Assembly: GCA_951406725.2 (NCBI GenBank)
Contig: OX597819.1
Location: forward strand, 81,654,001-81,718,000
Direction of reading: 5' to 3'
From: Octopus vulgaris
Taxonomy: Eukaryota
DNA: 64,000 nt
In this document: positions 13,466 to 28,135 of the stretch, one piece after another
How the letters are laid out: the number at the start of each line of letters is the position of its first letter
Position numbering within the stretch: the stretch's first letter is position 1
The notes under the pieces: model-generated
Database searches by the model: none
What the model saw: the letters and a program-made list of their open reading frames with translations, nothing else
Told to the model about the DNA's origin: nothing
Program-made: the position numbers and the translations under genes

Positions 13466-13731
13466 GTGTGTGTGTATGTGTGTGTGTATGGATGTATAAA
13501 AATCATGATATGTGTATACATATTTATATTTCATTTTCTTTAACTGTGGATTGGATAGTCAACTAACATTTACTGTTAATAAGTTTACTAATTTTACAAT
13601 AAGTATGTTCTGTTAAAGAAAAGAGACAGTTTTAAATATAAGCTTCTATTCTGAGCAAGTGTGTGTGGGGGTGCGTGCGTGCATGTGTGTGTGTACGTGC
13701 ATGCATGTGTGTGTGTGTGCGTGTGTGTGTC

Positions 13732-13775
<44 letters not shown>

Positions 13776-14219
13776 AAACTGTCCAGATCTTTTAAGAAAA
13801 TAACATTCTGAGCAAATGTTAAATTTAGAAAAATAGGAAAAGTCTTTCTTTGGATTACACCACATCTTTCTTTCTACCATTTATGCCTTCTTTCAACTAT
13901 GTTCTTTTTCTCTTTTTCTACTTTTATACAATTGCAACGAGGAAAAAATGGTAAAATCTGGCATCAACTTAATTACTGGTGACAACCCATAATTTCTTCA
14001 AGTTTTATTAGCTAATAAATTACCCGAGCCTCTACTCAACTATTTCTTCATATTAAGTTTTGGAAACAGCAGATATTTCATTAGTTAGCTGCTTAATAAA
14101 TATTCTCTCAACTAAGAGTCAAATAGCTAATCTGCAGTTGCAGAAAATTATACATAATAAATATACATGTATCATGATATACATATATATATATATAGAT
14201 GGATGGAGATACACAGAGT

Positions 14220-14231
14220 AATAGATAGATT

Positions 14232-14310
<79 letters not shown>
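14220..14310. repeat. (GATA)n microsatellite
   Basis: Direct inspection. Confidence 0.95.
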
Positions 14311-14311
<1 letters not shown>

Positions 14312-14502
14312 CACACATATAGATATTTATGCACATGCACACACACACATATATATATACATATATATATTCTTTTATTGGCAGTTGAATATTTAGATTT
14401 TAATAGTAAAGGAAAATAATATATTTATATATATATTTACATACATGTGTGTGTATGTATAGGTCAACTGATGCATTAGAATTTACATTTATAAATCTTA
14501 AG

Positions 14503-14550
<48 letters not shown>

Positions 14551-15454
14551 CATGTGTATATGAATGTGTTACAATGTATGTGTGCTTGAATGTGTGTATG
14601 AGTGGCATGCATGTGTGTATGAGTATGCGTGTGTGTAGTCTTAGGTTTTAAAAAAGATGTAAATTCACCATTACTGAGCCTACTTATTTCATCTGTATAT
14701 AAAAGAAAAGTCATTATCTTTCTATGTAGTTTTTAAAATTATTTGTTTTTCCATTTATTTATTCATTCATTCATCAAGTTATCTATTGTCAGTTCCATTT
14801 TTCCGGGGTTTTTTTCTTCCTTTTTTCAAGTTTTCTTTTCCATACCATTGTGAAATCACCCTTTGTGAAACAATAAATAAGTAATAAATAAATAAATAAA
14901 AAGTTGGGTAGAAACCTTTATGTAGCCTAACATGATATTATTTGCTATTTATGAGATAATAATGTAAATAAATGCTACCATCAGCAGCAGAGAATCACTT
15001 TACACTAAATATTTCCAGCTACAAATTACATACAAAGGTTTTGAGCAGTTAAAAAAAAAGAGCAGTATATTCAGTTTAATCTATTAACTATTTGTTTAGT
15101 TTCTAGTTACTAACTATAAATATTGATCTCAAATTTTGGCACAAGGCCAGCAATTTCAGGTGAGTAAGAATAAGTTGATTACATCAACCCCAGTACTCAA
15201 CTGGTATTTATTTTTATCAACCCTGAAAGGATAAAAGGCAGTCAACCTCAGTAGTATATCAACATTACTATCAACCTTACGCAGGCATAGATATGTGGTT
15301 AAGAAGCTTGCTTTACAACCATGTGTTTTAGGTTCAGTTCCATTGCATGGCACTTTGGGCAATTGTCTTCCACTATAGCCCAGGGGTAACCAATACATTA
15401 TGAGTGAATTTGATAAACAGAATCTGTGAAAGCTCCATTGTGTATGTATGTATG

Positions 15455-15498
<44 letters not shown>

Positions 15499-17269
15499 AT
15501 CATCATCATCATCATCATCATCATTTAACATCTGCTTTCCATGCTAGCATGGGTTGGGCGGTTTGAAGGAAGCTGGCTTGGCAGAGGACTGCACCAGGCT
15601 TCAGTGTCTGTTTTGGCATGGTGTTTTATGGCTAGATGCCCCTCCTAACACCAACTGTCCTGCAGAGTGAACACACACATATATTATACATACACACACA
15701 CACGTGTGTGTATATGTATGTTGTGTGTGTATGTGTATGTTGTATGTGTATGTGTGTGTGTACACAATAGGCTTCTTTCAGTTTCTGTCTACCAAATCCA
15801 CTCAAAAGGCTTCGATTGGCCCAAGACTATAGTAGAACATATTTGCCCAAGGTGTCATGCAGTGAAACTGAACCTTGAACCACGCAATTGTAAAGCAAGC
15901 TTCTTACCACACAGCCATGCTTGCATCTCTCTCTCTCTCTCTCTCTCTCTTTTCTCTGTTATTGTATTTGTCCCTCTCCTTCACTGCTTAACAATCAGTG
16001 TTGGTTTGTTATATTCCCACAACTTAGCAGTTAAGCAAAAGTAACTGATAGAACAATTACCAGGTTTAAAACGAAGTACTGGGGTCAATCTGTCCAATGA
16101 AACCCTTCAAAGTGGTGACAATAGCAGCACTGCAGTCCAATGATTGGAACAAGTAAAAGATACAAGATATAGATACTCAAGAGAGAAGTATAACAAAAGA
16201 GAGTGCAGACTTTCAATGTTAGCCGAGGATATGGCAAGACTGTAATACATATATAATACTGTACTCTTGCCCTCAGTCAGCAGATAAAAAACTGTCACTA
16301 ATTCAAGGGAAAAAATGAGAATTAAGTTAGGATATGTATTTATGATTTAGTAGAGGTAGCATGGTATCGCAAATAGTATAAAAAAGAAAGCATTTATTTC
16401 AAAACAGCTGCTTATTTTGCAAAATAGTTATTTTGATTCAATTAAATGCTACTAGGTTTATAAAAATGTATCAAATTCTACTTGAATTTCATGAACTTAC
16501 AAAGGAAACTATATCTCTTTATTTGATCTGCTAGAAATAGCAATCAGATCTCACTCAAATTATATCCAACTTCTTAAAAAAGAAGCAACGTATTGAAAAA
16601 TATAGTCCTAAATATAGGGACTATATAGGGATGGTCGTAGTTAAAATTCCTTTGATCATAAGACTTTTCAATCACGGTGACCTTGGGCTAAACAATACCA
16701 ACAACTCATTTTTATATTTTAAATCATCCTTATGTTTATTCCATTGAAAGTAAGAAAACATAAACATCTTCTTAATACCCTTGTCACATAACGGCTGCCT
16801 CCTTATGCAAACTTTCCTTAACTGATGTATGAAAACAAATGATCGTTTACCAGTTTTCAGTCAGTTAGGTTAGCTTTTTTCCTTCTTTGACATAAATCAA
16901 TGGAATTAGTAACAAATAAAAAAATTTTTTTAATGCTGAAGAGAACAATGTGAAACTAGAAACACTGCTAAAAAAAAAAAAGAAATTCGGAGAAACTGTG
17001 TGTGGCTGGGGTTTATTGTAACAGGATCAAAAGAATTAAGTGAAAGGTGGTCTAGCACCTGTTTATGCCTGGATATCTTATCAAGATGAGGTTGAAATTT
17101 TTCCTGGTTGATTCTTTACCCAGAATTTACACACCACACAAATACATACTTGAAATATACTTATAAACCCTTCCTAAAATATCAGCATATGGTAATTGTT
17201 ATTTGAAAGTGGTAATTCTCTGAAATAGACCCCATAATTTTCAACAAATCTATACAAATATATCACCAA

Positions 17270-17280
17270 TATAAATATAA

Positions 17281-17312
<32 letters not shown>

Positions 17313-17364
17313 ACATGTACATATATATATACACATATATATAGATATATATATATATACATAT

Positions 17365-17414
<50 letters not shown>

Positions 17415-17468
17415 CATATACATATATTTATATACATATATTTATATACATATGCATACATATATATA

Positions 17469-17520
<52 letters not shown>

Positions 17521-17555
17521 TACATGCATACATATATATATATATACATATATAC

Positions 17556-17587
<32 letters not shown>

Positions 17588-17629
17588 TTTTGTGTGTGTC
17601 TGTATGTATGTACATATATACATGTATAT

Positions 17630-17689
<60 letters not shown>

Positions 17690-17690
17690 A
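17270..17690. repeat. Compound (TA)n/(TG)n microsatellite
   Basis: Direct inspection. Confidence 0.95.
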
Positions 17691-20019
17691 ACATTGTATT
17701 AGTATCTTGCACTTTACTCTGCTCTTTAATTTCAAACCTTAACTGGAAATCTTTGAATAAAACAACCCCCCAGTAAGCAGAATACAGTTGCTGTCTTTAG
17801 TTTGACCCTTATGTTAATAAATGACAAAATGAAACAGCGTGTATAAGAATTTTCTATGAGGAATCAAATATGGTTGAAGTTGCCCCTATCCAGCAAATCT
17901 TCAATAATGTCACGTACTGACTGTTGGTACCGTTGTAAAAGTTATCATCAGGAAAAAGATAAAAGAAAAATTTCAATAAAAAAGAAAGGAAATAACCCAA
18001 AACAAGCTTCTGATTGATGGTAGTCTGAGCATATTTTCAAACATCACACATCTTGCTATTAGCCTATTGCATTTCTTTCACACTTTACATCCACCTCATC
18101 TCCATCCTTAATACAATTCAGCAAAAATTAGACAGTTATAATAAAACATTGACTGGCAGACAATATAATACACTTTCACATGAGAATGTTGTCACACTGC
18201 TATCCACTAATGGCCATATGCAAATAGCTAATGGAGTAAATGGAGCCATAACTGTACTCCGCCCATCTATCTTAAATGGAAGACCAGCAGTGTTGCAATG
18301 GGAGGCATACGCAAGTTCGGCCTGATTTATGAACAGGTTGAAAGTGAAAGAGGCACTATCATTCAATAGTTTTTCGTAAACAGTGTCACTATCATTAAGA
18401 AGACCCTTACACTGAAATCACCTCTTACCATGCCAAAATGATGGTAGATAGCTACCTGTCGACTTTTACTGAGCCTTTCAAAACAACATGCTATTATTTC
18501 CTTTGAAATTCAATCCCTTTTTGTTTTGATTTTCGTTCTATTACTTTTTTTCTTTTCAGAAAAATTACTCTGAAACCTTCAACATATACTTAACTATGAT
18601 TTTTATACTGCCTTTATTATTTTCATTTTTTTTTCTTTTTATATTTGGTTTCACAAATTATTGAAAATGTGTAACACAACCTAATTAAACTACAAATGTA
18701 TTTTGACCTGGAACCAATCATTATTATTGAATTATAAAACAGTTTTCTATGGTTGGAATATAAGAAAAACATATATATTGCTGAAATTTATACCATATAA
18801 TTTCAGTAAATTTCCCTTAATTTATCGATATTAACAGTGTAGCAGTAAAGAGCATTTTATGTCAAGCATGCTTCTAAGGACTGCTGCCACCCATATTAAC
18901 AGATCTTACTAACCTTTCCCCTCATTTAGGTTTCGGACACTCCAGCAGAGAAATTTTCTCACTGTTATTCCAGCTGTCACATGAAAACAATCATTATTAA
19001 AATTCTTAACAGAAAGCTTTTGAAATGAATTTAATTTGGCACCATGTGCTGTTGGCATAATTTGTTCTTGCAACTGATGTAAATATCCAAACTTGCAAAT
19101 CCAGCAGAACCACAATGAAAAATGCGTCTTTTATCTTTTACTTGCTTCAGTCATTGAAGTGCATCCATGTTGGGTTGTCCTCTTGATGTGTTTAGTTGAA
19201 TAAATCAGCCCCAGAACTTTTTTCTTAAATCTGGTATTTATTCTATCAGTCTCTTATGGCAAACCACTAAATTACAGGTACATAAAGAAACCAAAACTAG
19301 CTGTTTAGTGGTGGGGGAACAAAATCACATACATGCATACATACATACATGTATGTATGTACAAACAAACAAACAATGAGCCTCTACCCAGTTTCCATCA
19401 ACCAAATTCACTCACAAAGCATTGTTTGGCCCAGGGCTATAGTAGAAGACATCTGCCCATTGTGCCATCCAATGGGTTTGAACCCTAAACCACACAGTTG
19501 CAAATCAAGCTTGTAAACCATAAGAGTCTACATGTGAATTACTATTGGTTTCTAACATAGAAATAATTCTAGGAGAGGATATAATCAGTTAAATCAACCC
19601 CAATTTTCAACTAGTATGTAAGAATTTAAACTAATAACTCTTAGTTTTTCTAATCCCTCTGTCTGTTTAGATTAAACAGTCCACAAGTACTGCTACTCTT
19701 TCTCAGATCAATTCATTAATTATTAATTAAGATGGAAATTTAAATCATCTTTAGCCTTGCTCAACATTTTAATTTTTGAATTGTGGCTCATTAGTGCATT
19801 TGAGGGATTATTGAAAATTTCACTTTATCAAGTCAAAATATTTGATTCTGCTTAATTATATACCTGATAACATTTTAAGACAATCAACCCTATGGAAATT
19901 AACTGCAAATGCAAATAATACCAATTTCATAATTGCATAAGACTTTTTTATTTTATATTTTTATAAAAATTTGGTAAACTATACCATAAACTTAAGCATT
20001 AGATTTGATGGGAATAAAA

Positions 20020-20385
20020 GAGTTTGGCTGTATGATAAGAAGTTTGCTTCCCAACCACATGGTCCCAGGTTCAGTTCAACTGTACAGCACTTTGGACATG
20101 TCTTCTGCTATACTCCTGAGCTGACCAAAGCTTTGTGAGTGGATTTAGTAAACATGAACTGAAAGAAGCCCCATCACCTCTGCTAGCAAAAATTAGTAGC
20201 ATCTGTATTTCAAAGGGCCTTATCACATTCTGTGTCATGCTGAATCTCCCTGAGAACTACTTTAAGGGTATGCATGTATGCATATCTGTGAAATGCTCGG
20301 CTACTTGCCTATTAATTTCAAGAGCAAGATGTTTAGTAGATCATAATCTACTGGAACACTCGTTGCCATAATCAAGAAAGAGCCA
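20020..20385 (+). mobile_element. tRNA-derived SINE, same head with a third tail type (similar copies ~36417-36750 and ~52838-53180)
   Basis: Head followed by tcacattctgtgtcatgctgaatctccctgagaactactttaagggta, which recurs in diverged form in the two other copies. Confidence 0.65.
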
Positions 20386-21655
20386 AACCTTTATCGAAAT
20401 ATTTTTATGTGTTACTAAATACAATTCTAACTACTTGAAGGAAATCTACAAAATAATCTTTTTTCTTTTACTCGTTTGTCACTGGACTGTGACCTTGCTG
20501 GGATACCACCTTGAAGGATTCTAGTTAAATAAATCAACCCCAGCATTTGCTTTTCAGTCTGGTACTTATTTCATTGGATCTCTTTTACTGAACTATTAAG
20601 TCATGGTTTATTTATAATAAACTGACAGTAGTTGTTGAGTGGTAGGAGTGTGGCCACAAACAGACACTGACACACTGATTGAGATATATATATATATCAT
20701 CATCATCATTGTCATCATCATTTAACATCTGCTTTCCATGCTGGCATGAGTTGGACGGTTTGACTGAGGGCTGGCAAGCCAGAAGGCTACACCAGGCTTC
20801 AATGCATATATACATACAACAAATATATATATATCTACATATATACATCCACATATATACACACATATATACATCCACATAGATGATGATGATGATATAC
20901 AACATATGTATATCCACATATTTACATCCACATATATACACATATATACAACAGGTTTGCACTCAGTCTCTATCTGCCAAATTCACTAACAAGGTTGGCC
21001 TGGATCTATTGTAGAAAACATTTGCCTAAGGTACTGTGCAGTGGACTGAACCCAAACAGAACCACACAATTACAAGACAAGCTTCTTTTCCACATGGCAA
21101 TGCCTGCATCTAATCAATCCTGCATATCATTAAAAAAAAATCCAATTTACCAGTGTCGATTTGACGATAATTTGCAACATGAAGTTTACTTGTTTGAATT
21201 GACATTAAGCATCCCTTTCTGGAATATACAATCAATCTTTAGTGATATCAGTACACAGGATTTAATCGAATAATGTCAAAGCAATCAATTAATTAATTAA
21301 TTAATTTACCCCATTAATTTTTTCTAAATCAGTATAACTCTAATTGTGATCTTGAGTAACTAAAAGTGAATAAAGTCATTGTGATATGAGAATCTAGATA
21401 AGTTTAGATAATTGAAGAACATGAAAGAGAAAAGAAAAGCATCATCATCATCAACATCGAACCCCTGGCTTCCATGCTGGTATCAGTTCAATGGTTTGAC
21501 AAATTCTCTTGAGTTAGAGGATTACATCATGCTCCAATGTCTAGTTTGGCTAAGTTTCTACAGTTAGATGCCCTCCATAATTATCTATGTATCTATTTAT
21601 GTATTTATCTATCTACACATATATACATGTATGTATGTGTGTGTATGTGTGTGTG

Positions 21656-21689
<34 letters not shown>

Positions 21690-21690
<1 letters not shown>

Positions 21691-21820
21691 GTAGGTCCCG
21701 GGTTGAGTCGGGGTTAACCACAGTAAATAAGGTACTCAATACATAGCAGAGTAAATTAATTTATTTTATATAAGGAGCTTCTACAGGACTAGAACTGTTT
21801 CATTCAAAAGAAATCATCAT
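21690..21820 (-). mobile_element. Short cassette between (TA)n tracts, with a truncated hammerhead-like core at one end
   Basis: Minus strand: TGATGA-tttcttttgaat-GAAAC-agttcta-GTC-ctgtag. Confidence 0.45.
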
Positions 21821-22868
21821 ATGTACGTATATATATGTGTGTGTGTGTGTATGTGTGTGTTTTTGTGTTGTATGTGTTTGTCACCCCAACATCGCTTGAC
21901 AACCAATGCTGGTGTGTTTATGTTCCCGTAACTTAGTGGTTCGGCAAAAGAGACGGATAGAATAAGTACTAGGCTTACAAAGAATAAGTCCTGGGGTCGA
22001 TTTGCTCGACTAAAGGCGGTGCTCTAGCATGGCCGTAGTCAAATGACTGAAACAAGTAAAAGAGTAAAAGAGTATATATTATAATGCAGTATGCAATCAG
22101 CACAATTTTCTTTTTTTTTTATCAACCATTTGAAGAAAGTCTAGGATATAAGTATAATTTCATTCAAAGAAACGAAATCCAAATTACTAATGTCAATTTG
22201 ATGACCTTAAGAAGCGATAATTTACAATGCAGAATCTATTTGTTCGAATTTATACTAAGGATCCCTCTCTGGAATATTCAGTCAGACTTTAGTGCCATCA
22301 GTACACAGGATTTGATTGAACAAGGCCAAAGTAATTTATTGTGTCCAAATCGTTTGTTTGATTCTGTCACTGGAATTTTCTAGTACCAAACTTTCAGGAT
22401 GGCTACTGACTCAGTGGATGTTTGAGGTTGATTCCTGAGAGATGATATAGCATTCTGTTTGGATTAGTGAAGCATATAACAAATTTACTCAAGTACTAAT
22501 GCTAAAGAAAACCTAGGTGGTAGTGGTGGTGGTGGTGGTGGTGACATTGTGGGGGGGATCAAACAAAAGAAATCTATTTACAAGCTTTTTATTTTCCATC
22601 TAGTACTTGTTTCAGTCATTAAGATTGTGCCCATGCTGGAGCACTGCCTCGAAGGTTTAGACAGACAAATCAACACCAGTACTTTTTTCTTAAGCATGAT
22701 ACTTATTCCTATCCATCTCTTTTGCCGAACTGCTAATGTAATAGGAAGTAGACAAACCAATACTGGTTGCCAAGCAGTGGGTCACAAACACAAAGACACA
22801 TGCATAGATATGTACATCATATATATGTATGAATGTATCTATGTATGTAAAAGGTTAGATGGTACTTT

Positions 22869-22907
<39 letters not shown>

Positions 22908-23369
22908 ATATACACATACAGACAGACTGACAGAAGGATATGTATGTCTGTGTGTATCAACTATTGTCATAGTTGGGAATGTCATTCTTTTCCAGTCATC
23001 TATGAGAGCTTGTCAAGCTCCTTGTGAAGGGGAAGCATTGGCAACAGGAAGAGCGCCTGATTGTAAAAGATCTGCTTCAACAAATTACATTTTACCCATG
23101 CAGTCATCGAAAAGTGGATGTTAAAATGATGAAGATAATGATAAACAATGATGATGATGATTTTTGTCACTAAGTTTTACTGATTAAGCTATGCTATAAC
23201 AAAATCTGTATCCAATGCATATATGTCACACTGCCATCAAGCATAGTTTTTTTGTGATGCACAAGAAGGTATAATTTTCTGAAAAGAAGGAATGAAATTC
23301 TCTCTTTTTTTTTTTTGGTAGTATTGTTGTTTGTACACCTTACAGAATATTTCCTTTTCTATATTTCAG

Positions 23370-23459
23370 TCAGTTGATGGATTTGCTTTTGCACTTGCAA
23401 GTGATGGAAGATTCCTTTATGTCTCAGAAACTGTATCTATCTATCTTGGATTATCACAG
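23370..23459 (+). CDS. trh: Internal coding exon of a trachealess/NPAS1/NPAS3-type bHLH-PAS transcription factor (start of PAS-A): [30 protein letters not shown]
   Basis: Pyrimidine tract and acceptor ttccttttctatatttcAG, donor GTaaga, 90 nt, phase 0/0. The peptide matches the PAS-A start of Trh/NPAS1/NPAS3 ([26 protein letters not shown]). Sim and HIF differ here. Not in the ORF track. Confidence 0.95.
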
Positions 23460-25142
23460 GTAAGACAGACTGTTATTGCTAGTTTTTTCATAACCCCAGA
23501 TTAATTTTTTATTGTTTGCTTTTAACAGGGTTACTCTTACTCAAATCTCTCTCTTTTTCATTTTATCTCTTTCTCTCATTTTCTCCCTCATTCATATAAT
23601 ATTCCTGCTCCAAAAACATCAAATACAAGTTCGTTTTTCAGCAACTTTCCATCTCTTTCAAATAATCCTTCTTTTCTCATTCTCAAAGTAGCGTTTTTTT
23701 TTTTTTTCAAACATTTAACATTTAATTTTCCCTGTCAAGGAAGAATCAGCAAGGAACAGATAGGATGAAAGAAAGAATGAGAGAGATTGAAATATAAGGA
23801 ATAGGGCAAGTCAGAGACAGAAAGTGAGAGGACTGATAACCCTTTAATGATATCACTGTCAAGCAGTTGGTTACCAGGATAGAAATGTGGACTGATGTAT
23901 TATTCTGGTGCAGATGTTCTGGCCTCCTGTGATGAAATATTTTCCTGAACTCCCTCAAATCTTCCCGAAAGTACTCATTGTTAATGATCTACCCAGAGGA
24001 AACCCAGTGGATGTGGATGATGACTTTACTGTCTAAAAAGGGGAACATTATGAGCTTCCCAATGGACTTGCCTTGCCTGTCCTCTTGTGTCAGCAAAAGA
24101 CAAATCTTTGGCTCATACAAGTTAATCTATAAGCTATTCATAATTTTCTGTAATGTTTTTGCCCTGTCTAACACAAAACTTTATTGCATAGTAAGCTTCC
24201 CAATTGTCTTCATGCCCCAACTGCATTCTACAAACTAGTTAGCTGTGACAGCAGTATTTAGTAGGGCATGTTCAAAGTGCTGTTGCAGCTGTCTTCTCAA
24301 TCTGGAATAACAAAAGTTGGTGGGTCAGCTTATTAGATGTATAGTAATGATATACTAAATTTATAATAATCTAGGGCAGTTATAAGTACCTTTCCTTGAA
24401 AAAGTTTCAAATTTTCTGGCATCACTGCATATGCATGAGAATACACATAAACGTAAGTGTATACATTCATATATACATATTAGGCTTCAGCACAGTTTCT
24501 AGCTACCAAATTCGCCCACAAGGCATTGGTTAGCCCTTAGCTATAGTAGAAAACACTTACCTAAGGTGTTGCACTGTGGGACTGAACTCAAAACTACGTT
24601 GTTGTAGAGCAAGCTTCTTAACCATACAGCTATGCCTAATCAACAAATTTCAGTATCAGGTGAAAGATTCTTGAAAGATGCAAACTATATGGAAATAGAA
24701 CAGATTATTGCAGATTATGTATGGTTCAGAAGAGTATCTTTCTTAAATCAAAAACCTTAATTAATTTGCAAATTATGTAAATGAGAGATTTGTTTAAATC
24801 CATCCATTAAACAAATACCTCTCAAAACACTAAAAACTCATACCATCATCTGATTGATTGGATCAATATCTTATCATTTACCATGAACAGTCATAGACTC
24901 TCTATTTTCACTTTTATTTTTTTATACACTAATAGACATTCTTGATCTCAATATATCTTTAACAATGCAGTCATTGACATTTTCAACACTTTATATTTCA
25001 ATGTTTATTTCCATACAGAAGAATGGATCAATACTCAACTCTTCAACAGAACATTTAAATTTTCTCTATTCCCCCTTCAGCTTTAACCACTCTTGTTATC
25101 AATATAGATATTTCTGCTTGTCTAATTCTTTAACTTACCATA

Positions 25143-25906
25143 TATGAGGTGCATTTATAAAGTATCTGACTTTATTTTTTCCTGCCAAATCTACTGCTGT
25201 GTGAGCAAAATCCTTTCAGTGGAAAGTGACCCACCACCACCACTTCTTGCGCATGTGTGAAAATTTTCTCACTGGTAGGCTGTGTTAATCCCCAGCTATT
25301 AGAGTAAAGACATGTAGTGTGCACCTGTTGGACTTCTGCTTTCACACAAGATGACCAAACGCATCAAGCAGAGTCCATAAACCCATATCTCATCACCAGT
25401 GCTTCTTCCCACTAATCCTGTGCTTTTTCCCACTTTGTGAGCAATTTCTTGGATTGTTACATGACGGTCTTCTATGACTATTCACCAAACCTTCTTAATC
25501 AGCTCTTTGTTTTAGCTTGTAGATGGCCTGCCTGAGTATGCCTCACTCTCCATGGATGTGCAGCCATGTCTGAAGCAGTTGTACTGCTCCTTGATCTGAG
25601 TTTTGCCCATGGTTTCATTGCCAAAGGCCTACTGAATTTCTGGATGGTTTGAGCTTGAACATCACTAAGCTTTTGACAAAATTTGATGCAAAATCCCTGC
25701 TTGGTGCATTTAATGAAAACAAAAATCTGACAAGAACACACAACATATCTGTACTCCAGGTGTGACAGTTGGGAACTAGCAGTGCAAAACTTTTCATACA
25801 TGTGCAGAAAGAGTGGCGCTACCTCCCAGCCAAAGGATTTTGCCCATGTGGGACCAGTTTTGGCAGGAAAAAAGTAAAGTCAGATATTTTTTGAACACAC
25901 CTCATA
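25143..25906 (-). mobile_element. Non-autonomous mariner derivative carrying the N-terminal transposase fragment
   Basis: TIRs tatgaggtgcatttataaagtatctgacttta / taaagtcagatattttttgaacacacctcata with TA ends. Minus strand KQGFCIKFCQKL...QTIQK and GRPST-like segments of the mariner HTH region. Confidence 0.8.
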
Positions 25907-26453
25907 TACTGCCATAGATTATTTTTATTAATATCACCTACATTTTTCTTGTTCCCAAGCTCCAGTCATATTTTCAATATATTTTATGCTCTTCATCTTA
26001 TATAGCGAGTTTTAAATTCAAAATTTTTCATAAGTGCATGTAGGTATGATGGTGTGGATAAAAAATCTTGCTTCTTCACCATGTGGCTTGCATTCAGTCC
26101 CAATGTGTGGCATCTTGGACAAGTGACTTCTATTATAGCCCTGGATCAACCAAAGCCTTGTGAGGAGTGGATTTGGTAGATGGAAGCTGTAAAAAGCCCA
26201 TTGTTTGTTTGTGTGTGTGTTTGTATATATATTTGTGAGTGTATTTGTGTGTGTGTTTGTGTGTGTGTGTATCAGGGTACATGTTTTTTTTTGTTTATGA
26301 CATTTTTGTCCACTATCACTGTTTGATATAACTAGAATATAATCTTGTTTTTAATGTTATATGTTTAAAAGAAAAGCTGTCTTCCATATGTACAAATATA
26401 TTTTTTTATGTCTCAACGATGCAGCTTTAATCATGCTGGTATCTGTGTGTGTG

Positions 26454-26486
<33 letters not shown>

Positions 26487-27179
26487 CCACACACACACAC
26501 ACAACCATATACATTAACCTGTCTACTATCTATTTACCTCTCTATCTATTTATTTTATCTATTTGTTATCGGTTCGTCTATCTATACACACACACACAGA
26601 GACACACACACATACACATGTCAATTTATCTCTCTCTATTTATATCTATCTATCAATGCATGTGTGTGTGTGTGTGTGTGTATGTGTGTGTGTGTGTGAG
26701 TGTGTGTTTGTGTGTATCATCATTCATAATCAATTGTGCATTGACAGACACAGTTGCCTGTATTTTTTTTCTATTCTGCACTGTATTTTACAGTTATTCA
26801 CTTTGGCCCCTTCATCTGTATCAAAATATATCTGTGGCATCTTCTGAATCCATTATTTCTAAGTTTGAAACCGATATTTCTGACTTCTTCAATTATCATG
26901 AACAACAATATGTAAGAAAAATATTTTTTAAAACATATTCAGGAATAAATTCTTAGGGAATACAATTTCCAAGAATCAAATTGCAGTATGTTTCAGATAT
27001 TTAAAATAAGAAATAGGGAAGAAGCAAAAAATAATAGATGTCAAAAATAAAGGCGTAAATTATTTGGTTGCCAGCAATTTTTCTTTCCACTCTTGCCAGG
27101 GAAGGAATAATTTCTTTAACAAGGATTTCTCTTCAACTGAGTCAATTATCTTAGGAACTGAATGCATACTGTATATTCA

Positions 27180-27520
<341 letters not shown>

Positions 27521-27731
27521 CTGAAACACTGTGTCTATATAAAAGAACATACACATATATAAATATATGTACGTACTTGTGTGTGTGTGTATGTGTGAAA
27601 TTCTCTTCTCAACCGCATGGTTTTGGAGTTCAATCCCACTGCCTGGCAGCTTAAATAAGTGTCTGATGCTGCTATAGCCTTGGGCTGATCAAACTAGTCA
27701 GTGAATTTAGTAGACAGAAACTGAAAGACAG

Positions 27732-27788
<57 letters not shown>

Positions 27789-27814
27789 TGTGTTGTGTGT
27801 TATGCATGTGTGTG

Positions 27815-27853
<39 letters not shown>

Positions 27854-28043
27854 TGTGCATCATCAACATCATCATCATCATCTTTTATCATCCGTTTCCC
27901 ATGCTGGCATGGATTGGGTGGTGTCACAGGAGTTGGTCAGAAAGAAAACTGACAATGCTCAAATTGTCTCCTATGACATGGTTTCTATGCTAACCACTTT
28001 ATAGAGTGTGCTGGAAGCTTTTTTAGATGCCACCAGCTTATAT

Positions 28044-28135
28044 GTATGTGTGTGCATGCATGTATGTGTGTGCATGCATGTATGTGTGTGCATGCATGTA
28101 TGTGTGTGCATGCATGTATGTGTGTGCATGCATGT
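28044..28135. repeat. 18-bp minisatellite (TATGTGTGTGCATGCATG), ~5 copies
   Basis: Direct inspection. Confidence 0.85.

Noticed and set aside
1-23369. Upstream bHLH exon(s) of the trh-like gene
   Set aside because: No KSRNAARSRR/ITSQLDKASIIRL-like or GTHILQ-like coding segment was found by eye; they probably lie before the window. A very short exon could have been missed.
28044-28135. Regularly spaced repeats as a CRISPR-like array
   Set aside because: Head-to-tail minisatellite without unique spacers, in eukaryotic context.
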